Origin: Kofleriaceae bacterium
GTDB taxonomy: Bacteria > Myxococcota_A > Polyangia > Haliangiales > Haliangiaceae
DNA: 64,000 nucleotides
Direction of reading: 5' to 3'
NCBI GenBank assembly: GCA_965215005.1
Contig: CBDCCZ010000032.1
Location: forward strand, 1 to 64,000
Under the pieces are notes generated by a model. It worked only from the letters and a program-made list of their open reading frames with translations, did no database searches and was not told the DNA's origin. Positions 49,240 through 61,595 of this stretch are shown here, one piece after another; position 1 is the first letter of the stretch, and each line of letters opens with the position of its first letter. Made by a program: the position numbers and the translations under genes.

Positions 49240-49545
49240 ATGGCCTCCTTCTGCTGGAAATGCAGCAACGAGCTGTACTTCGACGTCAAGGTCGGCATCA
49301 AGGTGGGTCGCCACGACGACTGCCCGCACTGCGCCGCGGATCTCAAGGTGTGCAAGAACTGCCAAAATTACGACCCTGGCGTGCACAACCAGTGTCGGGA
49401 GACTTCCGCCGAGTTCATCCGCGACCGCGAGCGCGCCAACTTCTGCACCCACTTCGTCTTCGCCGACAGCGACGCCCCCGCGGTTCAGCCCGACATCGAT
49501 GCCGCCAAAGCCAAGCTCGAGGCGATGTTCAAGAACCTCAAGTAA
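49240..49545 (+). CDS. Small Cys-rich (putative double zinc-finger) protein
   Basis: CWKC, CPHC, CKNC, C..ANFC (8 Cys), with strong GC3 codon bias. Confidence 0.8.
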   Translation: MASFCWKCSNELYFDVKVGIKVGRHDDCPHCAADLKVCKNCQNYDPGVHNQCRETSAEFIRDRERANFCTHFVFADSDAPAVQPDIDAAKAKLEAMFKNLK

Positions 49546-49621
49546 CGCCGCGGCGCGTTCGGCCTCCAAACCGGCCGAGCGCACGTGATTTCGGCACCCT
49601 GACCGTGATATCACTCGGGTC

Positions 49622-50143
49622 GTGGATCAGGCCGACCGCTACTATCAGCTGTCCCTACTCGGCCGCGATGCGTTCCTGCGCTCGGTGGCCGATGCGGCTC
49701 TGGTGCGGCGGCGCGGCGGCGAGGGCACGGGGCGAAGTCGCGGCCAGCTCAACGAGAATCTGACCGAAGAAGATACGTTGATCGCCGGTTTGGCGGGCCG
49801 TTCCCCCAGCGGCTCGGGCGTCACCGGTGATCTGGAGATCTATCCTCTCGCCAAGAAGGCCGGCGCGCCGTTCGCCGACCGCATCACCGTGGGCCGCACC
49901 GCCAACAACGATGTCGTTCTCAAAGACATCACCGTGTCCCGCTTTCACGTCTACTTTCGTCATCGCGATCAGCAGTGGACGGTGTGCGACGCCGGCTCCA
50001 AGAACGGCACCAGCCTCGATGGGGCGCCGATGGAGCCGCGCAAGGAGCTCGACCTGATTTCCGGCGCGCGCCTGCGCATCGGCGATCTCGAGACTACCTT
50101 TTATCTCGCGCCGGCGCTCTTCGACCTGCTCCAGAAGCCGTGA
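49622..50143 (+). CDS. FHA-domain protein
   Basis: ITVGR...ND, VSRFH, DAGSKNGT and LRIG motifs. Confidence 0.92.
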   Translation: MDQADRYYQLSLLGRDAFLRSVADAALVRRRGGEGTGRSRGQLNENLTEEDTLIAGLAGRSPSGSGVTGDLEIYPLAKKAGAPFADRITVGRTANNDVVLKDITVSRFHVYFRHRDQQWTVCDAGSKNGTSLDGAPMEPRKELDLISGARLRIGDLETTFYLAPALFDLLQKP

Positions 50144-50212
50144 ACCAGCTCTACCGGCGGGGAACCTCGGCCTAGAGCACTCGACCGCGGACGAGCTCGG
50201 CGCTAGCCTGCG

Positions 50213-50563
50213 GTGGTGAGCGAGCTCAGCGACGACCCCACCACCGACGTCATCGATTTTGCGGCCCGCGAGCTGTGCCCGGATGGGGCCTGCATCGGCA
50301 TCATCGGCCCCGATGGGCGCTGCCGTGAGTGCCACCTTGCCGGCCGCAGAGCAGTCCTAGACCCGCGTCGCGCGGGGCTGCGCAGCACCGGCGAAGTCCA
50401 AGCCGAGCTCGAGGCCAACATCATCGTCCACGACTTGGCCGCTCCTCCCGACGACTTCGACGACCGCCAGCTGTGCCCGGATGGCGCCTGCATTGGCGTG
50501 CTTGGCGCCGATGGCCGTTGCAGCGCCTGCGGCCGCACCGCCAGCGCAGCGACGTCTCCTTGA
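50213..50563 (+). CDS. Small protein with duplicated CPDGxCIG...DGRCxxC motif
   Basis: RELCPDGACIGIIGPDGRCREC and RQLCPDGACIGVLGADGRCSAC. Confidence 0.78.
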   Translation: MVSELSDDPTTDVIDFAARELCPDGACIGIIGPDGRCRECHLAGRRAVLDPRRAGLRSTGEVQAELEANIIVHDLAAPPDDFDDRQLCPDGACIGVLGADGRCSACGRTASAATSP

Positions 50564-50618
50564 CAAGGGTGTGGGACTGGGGCACAACCTCAAATACCCG
50601 CATATCCCGATGGGAAAC
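50560..50618 (+). promoter_or_regulatory. Putative promoter/operator of the sulfur operon
   Basis: A perfect TTGACA at 50560-65 with only a weak -10; an imperfect inverted repeat TACCC-N12-GGGAA lies just before the Rrf2 gene. Confidence 0.35.
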
Positions 50619-50621
50619 CTG

Positions 50622-51095
50622 ATGAGGCTCTCCACCAAAACCCGGTACGGCGTCCGCGCAATCTTCGATATCGCCTATCACAACCAGGATCAGCCTGGGG
50701 TGGCGGCGCAAGCCAAAGACATCGCCCGCCGGGAAGACATCCCCCTGCGCTATCTCGAGCAGATCTTTCAGGATCTGAAACGTGCGGGGCTGGTCGAATC
50801 CAAGCGCGGCCCGCGCGGCGGCTATTACCTGAAGCGCGAGCCCCAGAACATCACGCTCGGCGACGTCGTACGCGCCCTCCAGGGCCCCATCGAAGAGATG
50901 TTCGTCGTCGAGAACACCGGCGACAAAGCGGAGCCCGTGGTGACGTCTCGCGATGTCACCGTGACGCTGTGGAAAGAGCTCGCCGACCACGTCTCCAGCT
51001 GGTTTGACAACGTGAGCATCATCGATCTGGTGCGTCGCGGCGAGGAGCTCGGCCTGCCGCGCACCGGCAGCGGCCAGCCCATGTACTTCATCTGA
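50622..51095 (+). CDS. Rrf2-family regulator (CymR/IscR-like, no Fe-S cysteines)
   Basis: MRLSTKTRYGVRA, YLEQIFQDL, SKRGPRGGY and a MYFI C-terminus; contains no Cys. Confidence 0.93.
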   Translation: MRLSTKTRYGVRAIFDIAYHNQDQPGVAAQAKDIARREDIPLRYLEQIFQDLKRAGLVESKRGPRGGYYLKREPQNITLGDVVRALQGPIEEMFVVENTGDKAEPVVTSRDVTVTLWKELADHVSSWFDNVSIIDLVRRGEELGLPRTGSGQPMYFI

Positions 51096-51099
51096 CGCC

Positions 51100-52750
<1,651 letters not shown>

Positions 52751-52754
<4 letters not shown>

Positions 52755-54016
52755 GCGCGCCACCGTCTCTCGAATCTGCTCACACCACGATGCGCGGCCT
52801 CAAGTGCCGCGAGTGCGGCGCCGCGTATGAGCATGGACCAACCCACGTCTGCGAGCTCTGCTTTGGGCCGCTCGAGGTCGACTACGATTATGAGCGCATC
52901 GCCAAGCTGCTGAGCCGGCAGGTCATCGAAGCACGGCCCTTCAACATGTGGCGCTATCGCGAGCTATTGCCGATTGCCGCGGCCGAGCCCGCGGTGGGCA
53001 AGCTCGTTGGCGGCACCCCGCTGGTTCGCGCCGACCGCCTCGCCGCAGCGCTCGGGGTCCGCGAGCTGTGGGTAAAAAACGATGCGGTCTGTCACCCGAC
53101 GCTGTCGTTCAAGGATCGCGTCGTGTCCGTCGCGCTGTCGCGGGCGCTCGAGCTCGGCTTCGACACCGTCGGCTGCGCCTCCACCGGCAATCTCGCCAAC
53201 TCCGTGGCCGCCAATGCCGCGTCCGTCGGGCTGCCTGCATTCATCTTCATCCCCAAGACGCTCGAGGCCATCAAGGTGCTCGGCACCCAGATCTACGGCG
53301 CGCGCGTCATCGCGATCGACGGCACCTACGATGAAGTCAACCGCCTATGCGCCGAGATCGCCGGCAAGTACCCGTGGGCCTTTGCCAACATCAACTTGCG
53401 TCCGTACTACGCCGAGGGCTCGAAGACCTACGCCTATGAGATCGCTGAGCAGCTCGGCTGGCAAACGCCCGATCACATCGTCTCGCCCATGGCCGGCGGC
53501 TCGCTCATCTGCAAGATCGACAAGGCGTGGCGCGAGCTCGCCACGCTGGGGCTGTTGAAAGAGCCCGCTCGCACCAAGATTCACGGCGCGCAAGCCGCTG
53601 GTTGTGCGCCGATCGTCGAGGCGGTGCTGGCTGGGCGCGAGCTGATAAAGCCGGTCAAGACCCCCGACACCATCGCGCGCTCGCTCGCCATCGGTAACCC
53701 CGCGGATGGGTTCTACGCCATCCGCACCATCACTGGCAGCGGCGGCTGGGGCGCGATGCCAACCGATCCGCAGATTCTCGCCGCGATGCGGCTGTTGGCG
53801 GAGACCGAGGGCATCTTCACCGAAACCGCCGGAGGCGTCACCGTCGCCGCGACCAAGCTCCTCATCGAGCAGGGTAAAATCGCCCGTGATGAGTCGGTCG
53901 TGGTGTGTGTGACCGGCCAAGGCCTCAAAACCACCGATCCTCTGGTGCCGGCGCTGCCGCCACCGCGGGTGATTTCGCCCAAGCTCTCCGATTTCGACGC
54001 GATTGCAAAGGACTAG
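52751..54016 (+). CDS. Threonine-synthase-like PLP enzyme (possibly a sulfur-carrier-dependent sulfhydrylase)
   Basis: N-terminal CREC/CELC ribbon, PTLSFKDR, ASTGN, YYAEGSKT, SLAIGNP and TGQGLK; directly upstream of the Ubl gene. Confidence 0.88.
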
Positions 54017-54021
54017 TCGAC

Positions 54022-54294
54022 ATGGCCACCGTTCGAATCCCCACGCCCCTGCGCAAGCTAACCCAAGGTGCCGAGGAGGTCTCGGCCGCCGGCGGCACCG
54101 TCGGCGAGGTCCTAACGGATCTCGAGAAGAACTATCCGGGCATCAAAGCGCGCATCTGCGACGACAGTGGCCAAGTGCGCCGATTCGTCAACATCTTCGC
54201 CAACGACGAAGACATTCGCTTTCTCGACAATCTCGAGACCCGCGTTGCCGAGGGCGATGAGGTCTCGATCGTACCAGCCATCGCAGGAGGCTGA
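54022..54294 (+). CDS. Ubiquitin-like sulfur carrier (MoaD/ThiS/CysO family)
   Basis: VRIPTPLR, RRFVNIF.N.EDIR and a free C-terminal PAIAGG. Confidence 0.94.
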   Translation: MATVRIPTPLRKLTQGAEEVSAAGGTVGEVLTDLEKNYPGIKARICDDSGQVRRFVNIFANDEDIRFLDNLETRVAEGDEVSIVPAIAGG

Positions 54295-54546
54295 TTGGCG
54301 GCTTTCATCCACAAGCGGGTGTACTTGACGTATCCCGCCGCGCTGGTGCGCGAGCCGATCGTTTGCCAGATGTACGATCGCTTGCGGGTCGAGTTCAACC
54401 TGCGAACCGCGAGCGTCACCGATGAGATTGGCATCATAGGGCTCGAGCTGCGCGGCAGCGCCGAAGCCGTCGCAGAGGCCATCGCGTTCTTTCGCGAGCG
54501 CGGCGTGCGCGTCGAGCCTATCGAGCTCGACGTGGTAGCAGGATGA
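54295..54546 (+). CDS. Stand-alone NIL-domain protein
   Basis: LTYP...REPI......VEFNLR.A....IG...LELRG.....AI.FF...GV.VE; the TTG start follows the Ubl stop directly. Confidence 0.85.
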   Translation: MAAFIHKRVYLTYPAALVREPIVCQMYDRLRVEFNLRTASVTDEIGIIGLELRGSAEAVAEAIAFFRERGVRVEPIELDVVAG

Positions 54547-55043
54547 TGAGCCCGCCCCTGGAGAAACTCACCGACGAGCAGGTGCGGCGCTACGCGCGCC
54601 ATATCCTGCTCCCCGAGATTGGCGGCGTCGGGCAGCGCCGCTTGTTGGCCTCCGCGGTGCGGGTCGAAATCGGCCGCAGTGGCGCTGAGCTCGTTGCCCT
54701 GGCCTACCTGGCAGCCGCCGGCGTGGGGCATCTATATCTCGAGGGCGCCGTTGATGCGCCCATCGAAGCCAACGAGGTGGCGGCGGGCATCGTGTTTGGA
54801 ACCGCCGAGGTCGGTTGCTCGCGGCTCGAGGCGATCACCGCGCGCCTTCACGCGCTCAATCCCGACGTCCGCGTCTATCACGGCGAACGCGCGCCGGCGA
54901 GCGCGACGCGCCTGCACCTTGACCTGCGCAGCGAAGCAATCCCAACGTCCGCGGAAGATGCCTGCGCCCGCGCCCTCATCGCTGGCGGCAGCGCCGCCGT
55001 GCAAGTCCTCGCGCAGCTGACCTCTACCCATGAGCTTGCATAG
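54543..55043 (+). CDS. Catalytically degenerate ThiF/MoeB-like protein retaining the N-terminal RYARH Arg finger
   Basis: EQVRRYARHILLPEIGGVGQRRL, YLAAAGVG and LNPDV are present; GxGxxG, SNLxRQ and CxxC are absent. Confidence 0.85.
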   Translation: MMSPPLEKLTDEQVRRYARHILLPEIGGVGQRRLLASAVRVEIGRSGAELVALAYLAAAGVGHLYLEGAVDAPIEANEVAAGIVFGTAEVGCSRLEAITARLHALNPDVRVYHGERAPASATRLHLDLRSEAIPTSAEDACARALIAGGSAAVQVLAQLTSTHELA

Positions 55044-55960
55044 CAACGCGACCGTCACCTCGGTTCTCGAGCTCATCGGCAATACGCCGCTGGTACGCCT
55101 GCGATCGGTAGAAGCCCGCGCCGGCGGCAACGTCGAGATCTGGGCCAAGTGCGAATTTGAGAATCCCGGCGGCTCCGTCAAAGACCGCGCTGCGCGTCAA
55201 ATGATCCTGCAAGCCCGCGCCGGCGGCCTTCTCGGCCCCGATAAAACGCTCATCGATTCGACCAGCGGCAACACGGGCGTCGCCTATTCGATGATCTGCG
55301 CCGCCCTCGGCATTCCGTGCACGCTGGTGATGCCGGCCAACGTGTCGGTGGCGCGCAAGAACATCACTCAAGCCTACGGGACCAAGCTCATCTACTCCTC
55401 CGAGCTCGAAGGCTCCGACGGCGCGATTCGCTTGGTGCGCTCGCTGGTCGCCGAACATCCCGAGCGATACTTCTTCCCCGACCAATACTCCAACGCCGCC
55501 AACCCCGGCGCGCACTACGCGACCACCGGTCCCGAGCTCATCCGCCAGCTCGGGGACCGCATCACCCACTTCGCCACTGGCATCGGCACCACCGGCACCG
55601 TCATCGGCACCGGGCGGTTTCTCAAGGAGCACAACCCGGCGATCGAGGTCATCGCGATTCAGCCCGACGATGCTCTGCACGGCCTCGAGGGGCTCAAGCA
55701 CCTACCGAGCTCGATCGTCCCGCGGATCTGGCAACCCGAAGGCATCGTCGATCGAATTCTCGAGATGCCCACCGACGAGGCGTGGGATGCCTCCGATCGG
55801 CTGGTGACGGAGGAGGGCCTGTTCGTCGGCCATTCCGCCGGCGGCAACGTCGCCGGTGCGCTGCGCATCGCTCGCGAAGCCGGTGACGGCGCCGTGGTGG
55901 TCACGATGCTCTGTGACCGCGGCGACCGCTACTTCAAGCCGATGAAATGGGAGCGTCACT

Positions 55961-55971
<11 letters not shown>
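55030..55971 (+). CDS. cysM: Cysteine synthase, CysM-like
   Basis: NPGGSVKDRAA, DSTSGNTG, DQYSN, GTTGT, GLEGLKH and DRGDRY; adjacent to the Ubl and JAB genes. Confidence 0.85.
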
Positions 55972-56445
<474 letters not shown>

Positions 56446-56449
<4 letters not shown>

Positions 56450-56763
56450 TGCGTCGGCTGGCGATCGTCGTCTCGACGCCGCTCGAGCGTCGCGACTTCG
56501 CCCTCGCCTGCGAGCTCGCCCGCGCCGGCTGCGCCGCCGCCGTCGACGTGAGCATCTTCTTCATGGACGAGGCGGTGCGCGAGCTGCCGCTGCATCGCGC
56601 GGTGCTCGACGCGCTGCTCGAGGACGGCTGCGACTTGCTCGCCTGCGCCACCAGCGCCACCGCCTGGAAGGTCGATGCCGAGCAGGTCGGCATGCTGCTC
56701 GGCAGCCAAGACGATCACGCGGCGCTACTCGCGCGCGCCGATCGAGTGGTGGCGTTCACGTGA
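56446..56763 (+). CDS. DsrE/TusD-like sulfurtransferase
   Basis: VSIFFMDEAV, conserved Cys in LACATSA, and GSQ...ADRVVAF. Confidence 0.82.
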
Positions 56764-56782
56764 GACGCGGCTAACGCTGGCG

Positions 56783-57034
56783 ATGCAACAGCGGATCGTC
56801 ATCGTCGTTCGCGCGACCCGCCGTGAGCGCATCATCGAGGCGCTGCGCGCCGCGGTGGGGCTCACGCTGCGCGGCGCGTCTCTCGAGGTGGTGCTGGCGG
56901 AGAAGGTGCCCGATGGGCCGGACCTCGAGCGCGCCCTCGCGGTGTTGACCGCGTTTGGTCACCGGGTAAGCAGGCACGAGGACCGCATCGGCGTTGCGGT
57001 GCGCGGCGCTGACGTGGTGGAGGTGTGGACGTGA
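56783..57034 (+). CDS. DsrF/TusC-like small protein
   Basis: IVIVVR...EALRAAVGL...ADVVEVW; position after the DsrE-like gene. Confidence 0.68.
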   Translation: MQQRIVIVVRATRRERIIEALRAAVGLTLRGASLEVVLAEKVPDGPDLERALAVLTAFGHRVSRHEDRIGVAVRGADVVEVWT

Positions 57035-57186
57035 AAGAGCGGCGCCTCCTGCACCTGGTGCGCCGTGGGGCGAAACCGCCCGCGGCAGCCGTGGCACCCC
57101 ACGATCGCGTGGTGTATACCGACGAAATCGATGGCCAGCGGCTCCTCGACTACATCTTCGCAGCCGACACCGTCGTCGTCTGGTGA
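57031..57186 (+). CDS. Miniature DsrH/TusB-like protein (51 aa, missed by the ORF track)
   Basis: VKERRLLHLVRRGAKPPAAAVAPHDRVVYTDEIDGQRLLDYIFAADTVVVW*; GTGA overlap with the upstream stop. Confidence 0.68.
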   Translation: MKERRLLHLVRRGAKPPAAAVAPHDRVVYTDEIDGQRLLDYIFAADTVVVW

Positions 57187-57397
57187 GCTCGATCTTTCCG
57201 GCGAGGTGTGCCCGTTCACCTTCGTGCGCACCAAGCTGGCGCTCGAAGAGCTGCCGTCGGGTGCGGTGTTGGCGGTGCGAGTCGACTACGAACCAGCCAG
57301 TCGCAACGTCCCGCGCAGCGTCCGCGAGTGGGGCCACGTGGTCGAGCGTGTAGAGGCTTGCGAGGGCGCCTGGCGCATCGTGGTGCGCAAGCGCTGA
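57131..57397 (+). CDS. TusA/SirA-family sulfur carrier
   Basis: LDLSGEVCPFTFVRTKLALEEL...NVPRS....GH. Start uncertain; overlaps the DsrH-like ORF. Confidence 0.88.
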   Translation: MASGSSTTSSQPTPSSSGELDLSGEVCPFTFVRTKLALEELPSGAVLAVRVDYEPASRNVPRSVREWGHVVERVEACEGAWRIVVRKR

Positions 57398-57404
57398 AGC
57401 GGTC

Positions 57405-58255
<851 letters not shown>

Positions 58256-58259
<4 letters not shown>

Positions 58260-59218
58260 CGATGCAGCCGGGGCTGGACGCAATGCGGCAGAGCTGCGGC
58301 GACATGAGGCATCGCGCCGCCAGTCATGGTGCGCACCCTCGGCCGAGGCATCGTCGCCGCGCCAGGATCATGGTCTCGCTACCCGCGATGCTCGCGGTGG
58401 TGCTTGCTGCTGTGGACGCCGCGGCCGAGCCGCCCGCTGCCGCTCGCGCACCCGCCGATGAGCCGCCCGTTGCCGCGGCCATTCCGGTCATCGTCCCGCC
58501 GAGCGCATTGCCCAGCAGTGTGCTCGCAACTCCGGGCCCTGCGCTGCTACGAGCGGGATTGCAGCAAGCGCCTGCGGCGACCGTGAGCACCGTCATCGAG
58601 CCGCCCGCCCGCTTGCCGCGTTCGGTCACGGATCCGTCAGGACGCGCCCTGGCGAGCGAGCCGCCCGACAAACCGTCGAGCAAGAAAGATCTCGCGCGGG
58701 CCGAGAAGTCGGGCCCGAGCGATCCGCTGACGCGTCGCCGTTGGCACGCCCAGCTCGACCGTCGGCGCGGCAAGCCGCCGATCGCCGTCATCAACATCTT
58801 CAACACCTGGACTCACGAGTGGCTCCCGGTCGACGCGACCGGCCCCACGGTCCCGCCTGCGCCAGTCTGCGCGGGATTCTTCCGCTGTCACTTCACCAAT
58901 GCCCCGGCGAACATGGACCCGCGGCTGCTAAACACTTTGGTAGCCGCCGCGCGTCACTTCAAGGTGCGCCGCGTTCACATCGTGAGCGGCTTCCGCTCGC
59001 CCAAGTACAACTTGATGTTGCGCAAGAAGGGCCGTGAGGTCGCCCGCGACAGCCAACATACCCGCGGCCACGCCGTCGATTTTCGTCTCCCGGGCGTTCC
59101 CATCGCCAAGCTCCACGCGTGGGCGCGGAGCCGCCGACTCGGCGGTGTTGGCTTGTACGTCGCCAGCGGCTTCATCCACATCGACGTGGGCCCGATCCGC
59201 TATTGGAACGGCAAGTGA
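58256..59218 (+). CDS. YcbK/DUF882 (peptidase M15-type) exported peptidoglycan peptidase
   Basis: FFRCH, VSGFRSPKYN, SQHTRGHAVD and FIHIDVGP motifs, with a signal/Pro-rich N-terminus. Start uncertain. Confidence 0.87.
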
Positions 59219-59233
59219 CCCCGAGCGCCCGCT

Positions 59234-60361
59234 TCAGCGAGCGCCCAATTGCACCCGCGAGCCGAGCTGCACCCGCGGACCGGCGCGCGTCACCGCGAGC
59301 TTGATCGTCGGCCCCAGCTGAACGTCGAGCCGCCCCTCGTTGGCGACCAAGATCTCGCCGTCGATGGTGTAGAGCTGCTCCTCGCTGCTCACGCACAGCG
59401 CGCGACCGGTGCGATTGACGTAGCGGCGATCGGTGGGATACGTGAACCGACTCTTGCTGGCCTCGGCCGACTTACCGACGCTGCGCAACGCGTTGATCGG
59501 CTGCGCTAGGCTCGTCCAGTCAAACGGTAGCCAGCCGCGAGCCAATAGCGGCAGCGCCGCCGACAGCTCCTTGGCGGTCACTGAGTACGCGACGATGTGA
59601 AAGCTATCGCGGCGGCGACGCTCGGCGAACGGCTCGACCCCGGGGTTGATCTGTCCGGTGACGTTGGCGAACACCGCGGAGAAATCCTGATCGGGCAGCA
59701 CCTCGTCGTCGATCGCGACCTCTGCGCGCATCCGCGCCACCAACTCGCCGACCGGCCTTGGCCATCCAGTCCACGACGCCAGCGCCGCTTTCGCAGCCAT
59801 CTCGACCGCCGCGATCTTGCCCTTGCGGCCGCGCTCGTAGGCATCGAGCACGCGCACGATGGGCCCCATGCCGAAGGTGAAGCCGCGATGCATCTGCGCG
59901 CCGTGTCGCACCTCCAGAAGCGGCACTTCGCGAAACAAGATATGGCCGGTTTGATACGCCTGGACCACGGCGCGGAAGTTTTCCGCCGGGGTTCCGCTGA
60001 GCCCGCACCAGCGCGCGGTGACGTTCATGGTGCCGCCGCCGATCAGTGCCATCTGCACGTTCTCGTGCGCGGCCGGCGTGAGCCGATCGAGGATGCGCTG
60101 GATGGTGCCGTCGCCGCCGTAGATGCAGAGGAGCTTGGAGCCGCGCCCGAGCTCGGTGACCGCGGGGGCAATATCCTCGACCGAATCGGTGACGATGCGC
60201 CGCACATACTTGGCCTCGGGCGAATCGAGAATGGCAGCCAGCTCTTTCCAGCGGCCCCCCGCGCGCGGGTTGCACAATAGGACGATGTCGCTGTCTGGCT
60301 TGATGCGGCGCTTGCGCGCGTGCCACGACGCGGCGGCTTCTTCAGAGTTGCGAATGGTCAC
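59234..60361 (-). CDS. Diacylglycerol/lipid kinase family protein
   Basis: NPRAG, GGDGT, GGTMN and YTIDGE motifs. Confidence 0.85.
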   Translation of the reverse strand: MTIRNSEEAAASWHARKRRIKPDSDIVLLCNPRAGGRWKELAAILDSPEAKYVRRIVTDSVEDIAPAVTELGRGSKLLCIYGGDGTIQRILDRLTPAAHENVQMALIGGGTMNVTARWCGLSGTPAENFRAVVQAYQTGHILFREVPLLEVRHGAQMHRGFTFGMGPIVRVLDAYERGRKGKIAAVEMAAKAALASWTGWPRPVGELVARMRAEVAIDDEVLPDQDFSAVFANVTGQINPGVEPFAERRRRDSFHIVAYSVTAKELSAALPLLARGWLPFDWTSLAQPINALRSVGKSAEASKSRFTYPTDRRYVNRTGRALCVSSEEQLYTIDGEILVANEGRLDVQLGPTIKLAVTRAGPRVQLGSRVQLGAR

Positions 60362-60411
60362 GGAGTCGTCGTCATCCTAGAACCGGGCGCGGCCGCGGTC
60401 AAACTCAGCGC

Positions 60412-61593
60412 CTACCGGCACCGCGCTTCTTCAGGGTCGATATGACAGCGCAGGCACATGCGCCCGTTGCGCTGCTGCAACGCTTGGCAACGACGACTTT
60501 GCGCCCACCCCGGCGGGTGCGGGTTCACGCGCAGGCCGCCGGGCTCGGCGCTATGACAGCGCACGCAAAACTGCTCGCGATGACACGAGGCGCACTGCGC
60601 GAGGTTTTGCTGGGCTGCGAACGCGTGATGCTCGGGCCCACGCCCCTCTTCGCTGGCCCAGCCGGGCGGGTGGAAACGCCGTTCTGGCAGCTCTGAGTCG
60701 AACTCCGAGCCCCCGCGCGGATCCGACGATACCCCGCTGCGGCTGTGACAGCCGGTGCAGAACGTCTGCAGGCGATGGCATGAGCTGCAATCGGGACTAT
60801 TGCGCCGGGCTTCGACGGGGTGCAGCGTGAGGTAGTCGCCGAGGTGGAACTCCATCGGACGGATGACGCCATCATGGCACTCGAGGCACTCCGAGGTTCG
60901 ATGGCAGGTGCTGCAGTACGTCTCGCTGTTCTGCGCCGCTGCTGCGTGATCGCGAGCGAACGTGAGGTCATGGGCATCGCCGCGCAAGCTCCCCGAGGGC
61001 GCGAGTGTTCCCGCGGCAAACGAGGTCTGCATGCGCCCCCCCGGCGCCGCGAGATGACAAACGGTGCACGCTGACGAGGCGCGCCGGCCATCATGACATT
61101 GCAGGCAGCTGGCCATGGTTGGCAGCTGGGCGCGATCGGCGAGCTCTACACCCTGCGCTAGCAAATCGCCGTGACAACGCTGACACGAGATGCCGCGCGC
61201 GCGATGCGCGGCGTGATTGAATTTGAGATTGGGCACCGGCATACGCACCCGCGCCACCACTCCCACCGCGGGTTCGAATCCCGGGTGACACGCCACGCAT
61301 TGCGCCGCTGGCGCCCCCGCGACCACCCGATGCGGCTCGCTGCGATCGATTGCATGGCAGCCGCGGCACGCGCGCTCCATCGGCAACAGGTTGTCCACCG
61401 CCGACCGCGAGGTAAGCGCTGCGGGATGACAGCGCTCGCACGTCACCTCCGCCATCGCCAGATGCTGGGCGTGAGAAAACTGCAGCGGCAGCTCTTGCCG
61501 CGGATAGATGACCGCGGATCGCTCCTCCCCCCACGCCATCGACACCGCCAACAGCGACGCCCCGAGCAGCAGCACTATGTCTCGCCTGGTCAA
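60412..61593 (-). CDS. Periplasmic multiheme cytochrome c (13 CxxCH)
   Basis: Signal peptide; CERCH, CRGCH, CVACH, CQRCH, CLQCH, CTVCH, CSTCH, CLECH, CSSCH, CTGCH, CASCH, CVRCH, CLRCH. Confidence 0.93.
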   Translation of the reverse strand: MTRRDIVLLLGASLLAVSMAWGEERSAVIYPRQELPLQFSHAQHLAMAEVTCERCHPAALTSRSAVDNLLPMERACRGCHAIDRSEPHRVVAGAPAAQCVACHPGFEPAVGVVARVRMPVPNLKFNHAAHRARGISCQRCHGDLLAQGVELADRAQLPTMASCLQCHDGRRASSACTVCHLAAPGGRMQTSFAAGTLAPSGSLRGDAHDLTFARDHAAAAQNSETYCSTCHRTSECLECHDGVIRPMEFHLGDYLTLHPVEARRNSPDCSSCHRLQTFCTGCHSRSGVSSDPRGGSEFDSELPERRFHPPGWASEEGRGPEHHAFAAQQNLAQCASCHREQFCVRCHSAEPGGLRVNPHPPGWAQSRRCQALQQRNGRMCLRCHIDPEEARCR

Positions 61594-61595
61594 CG

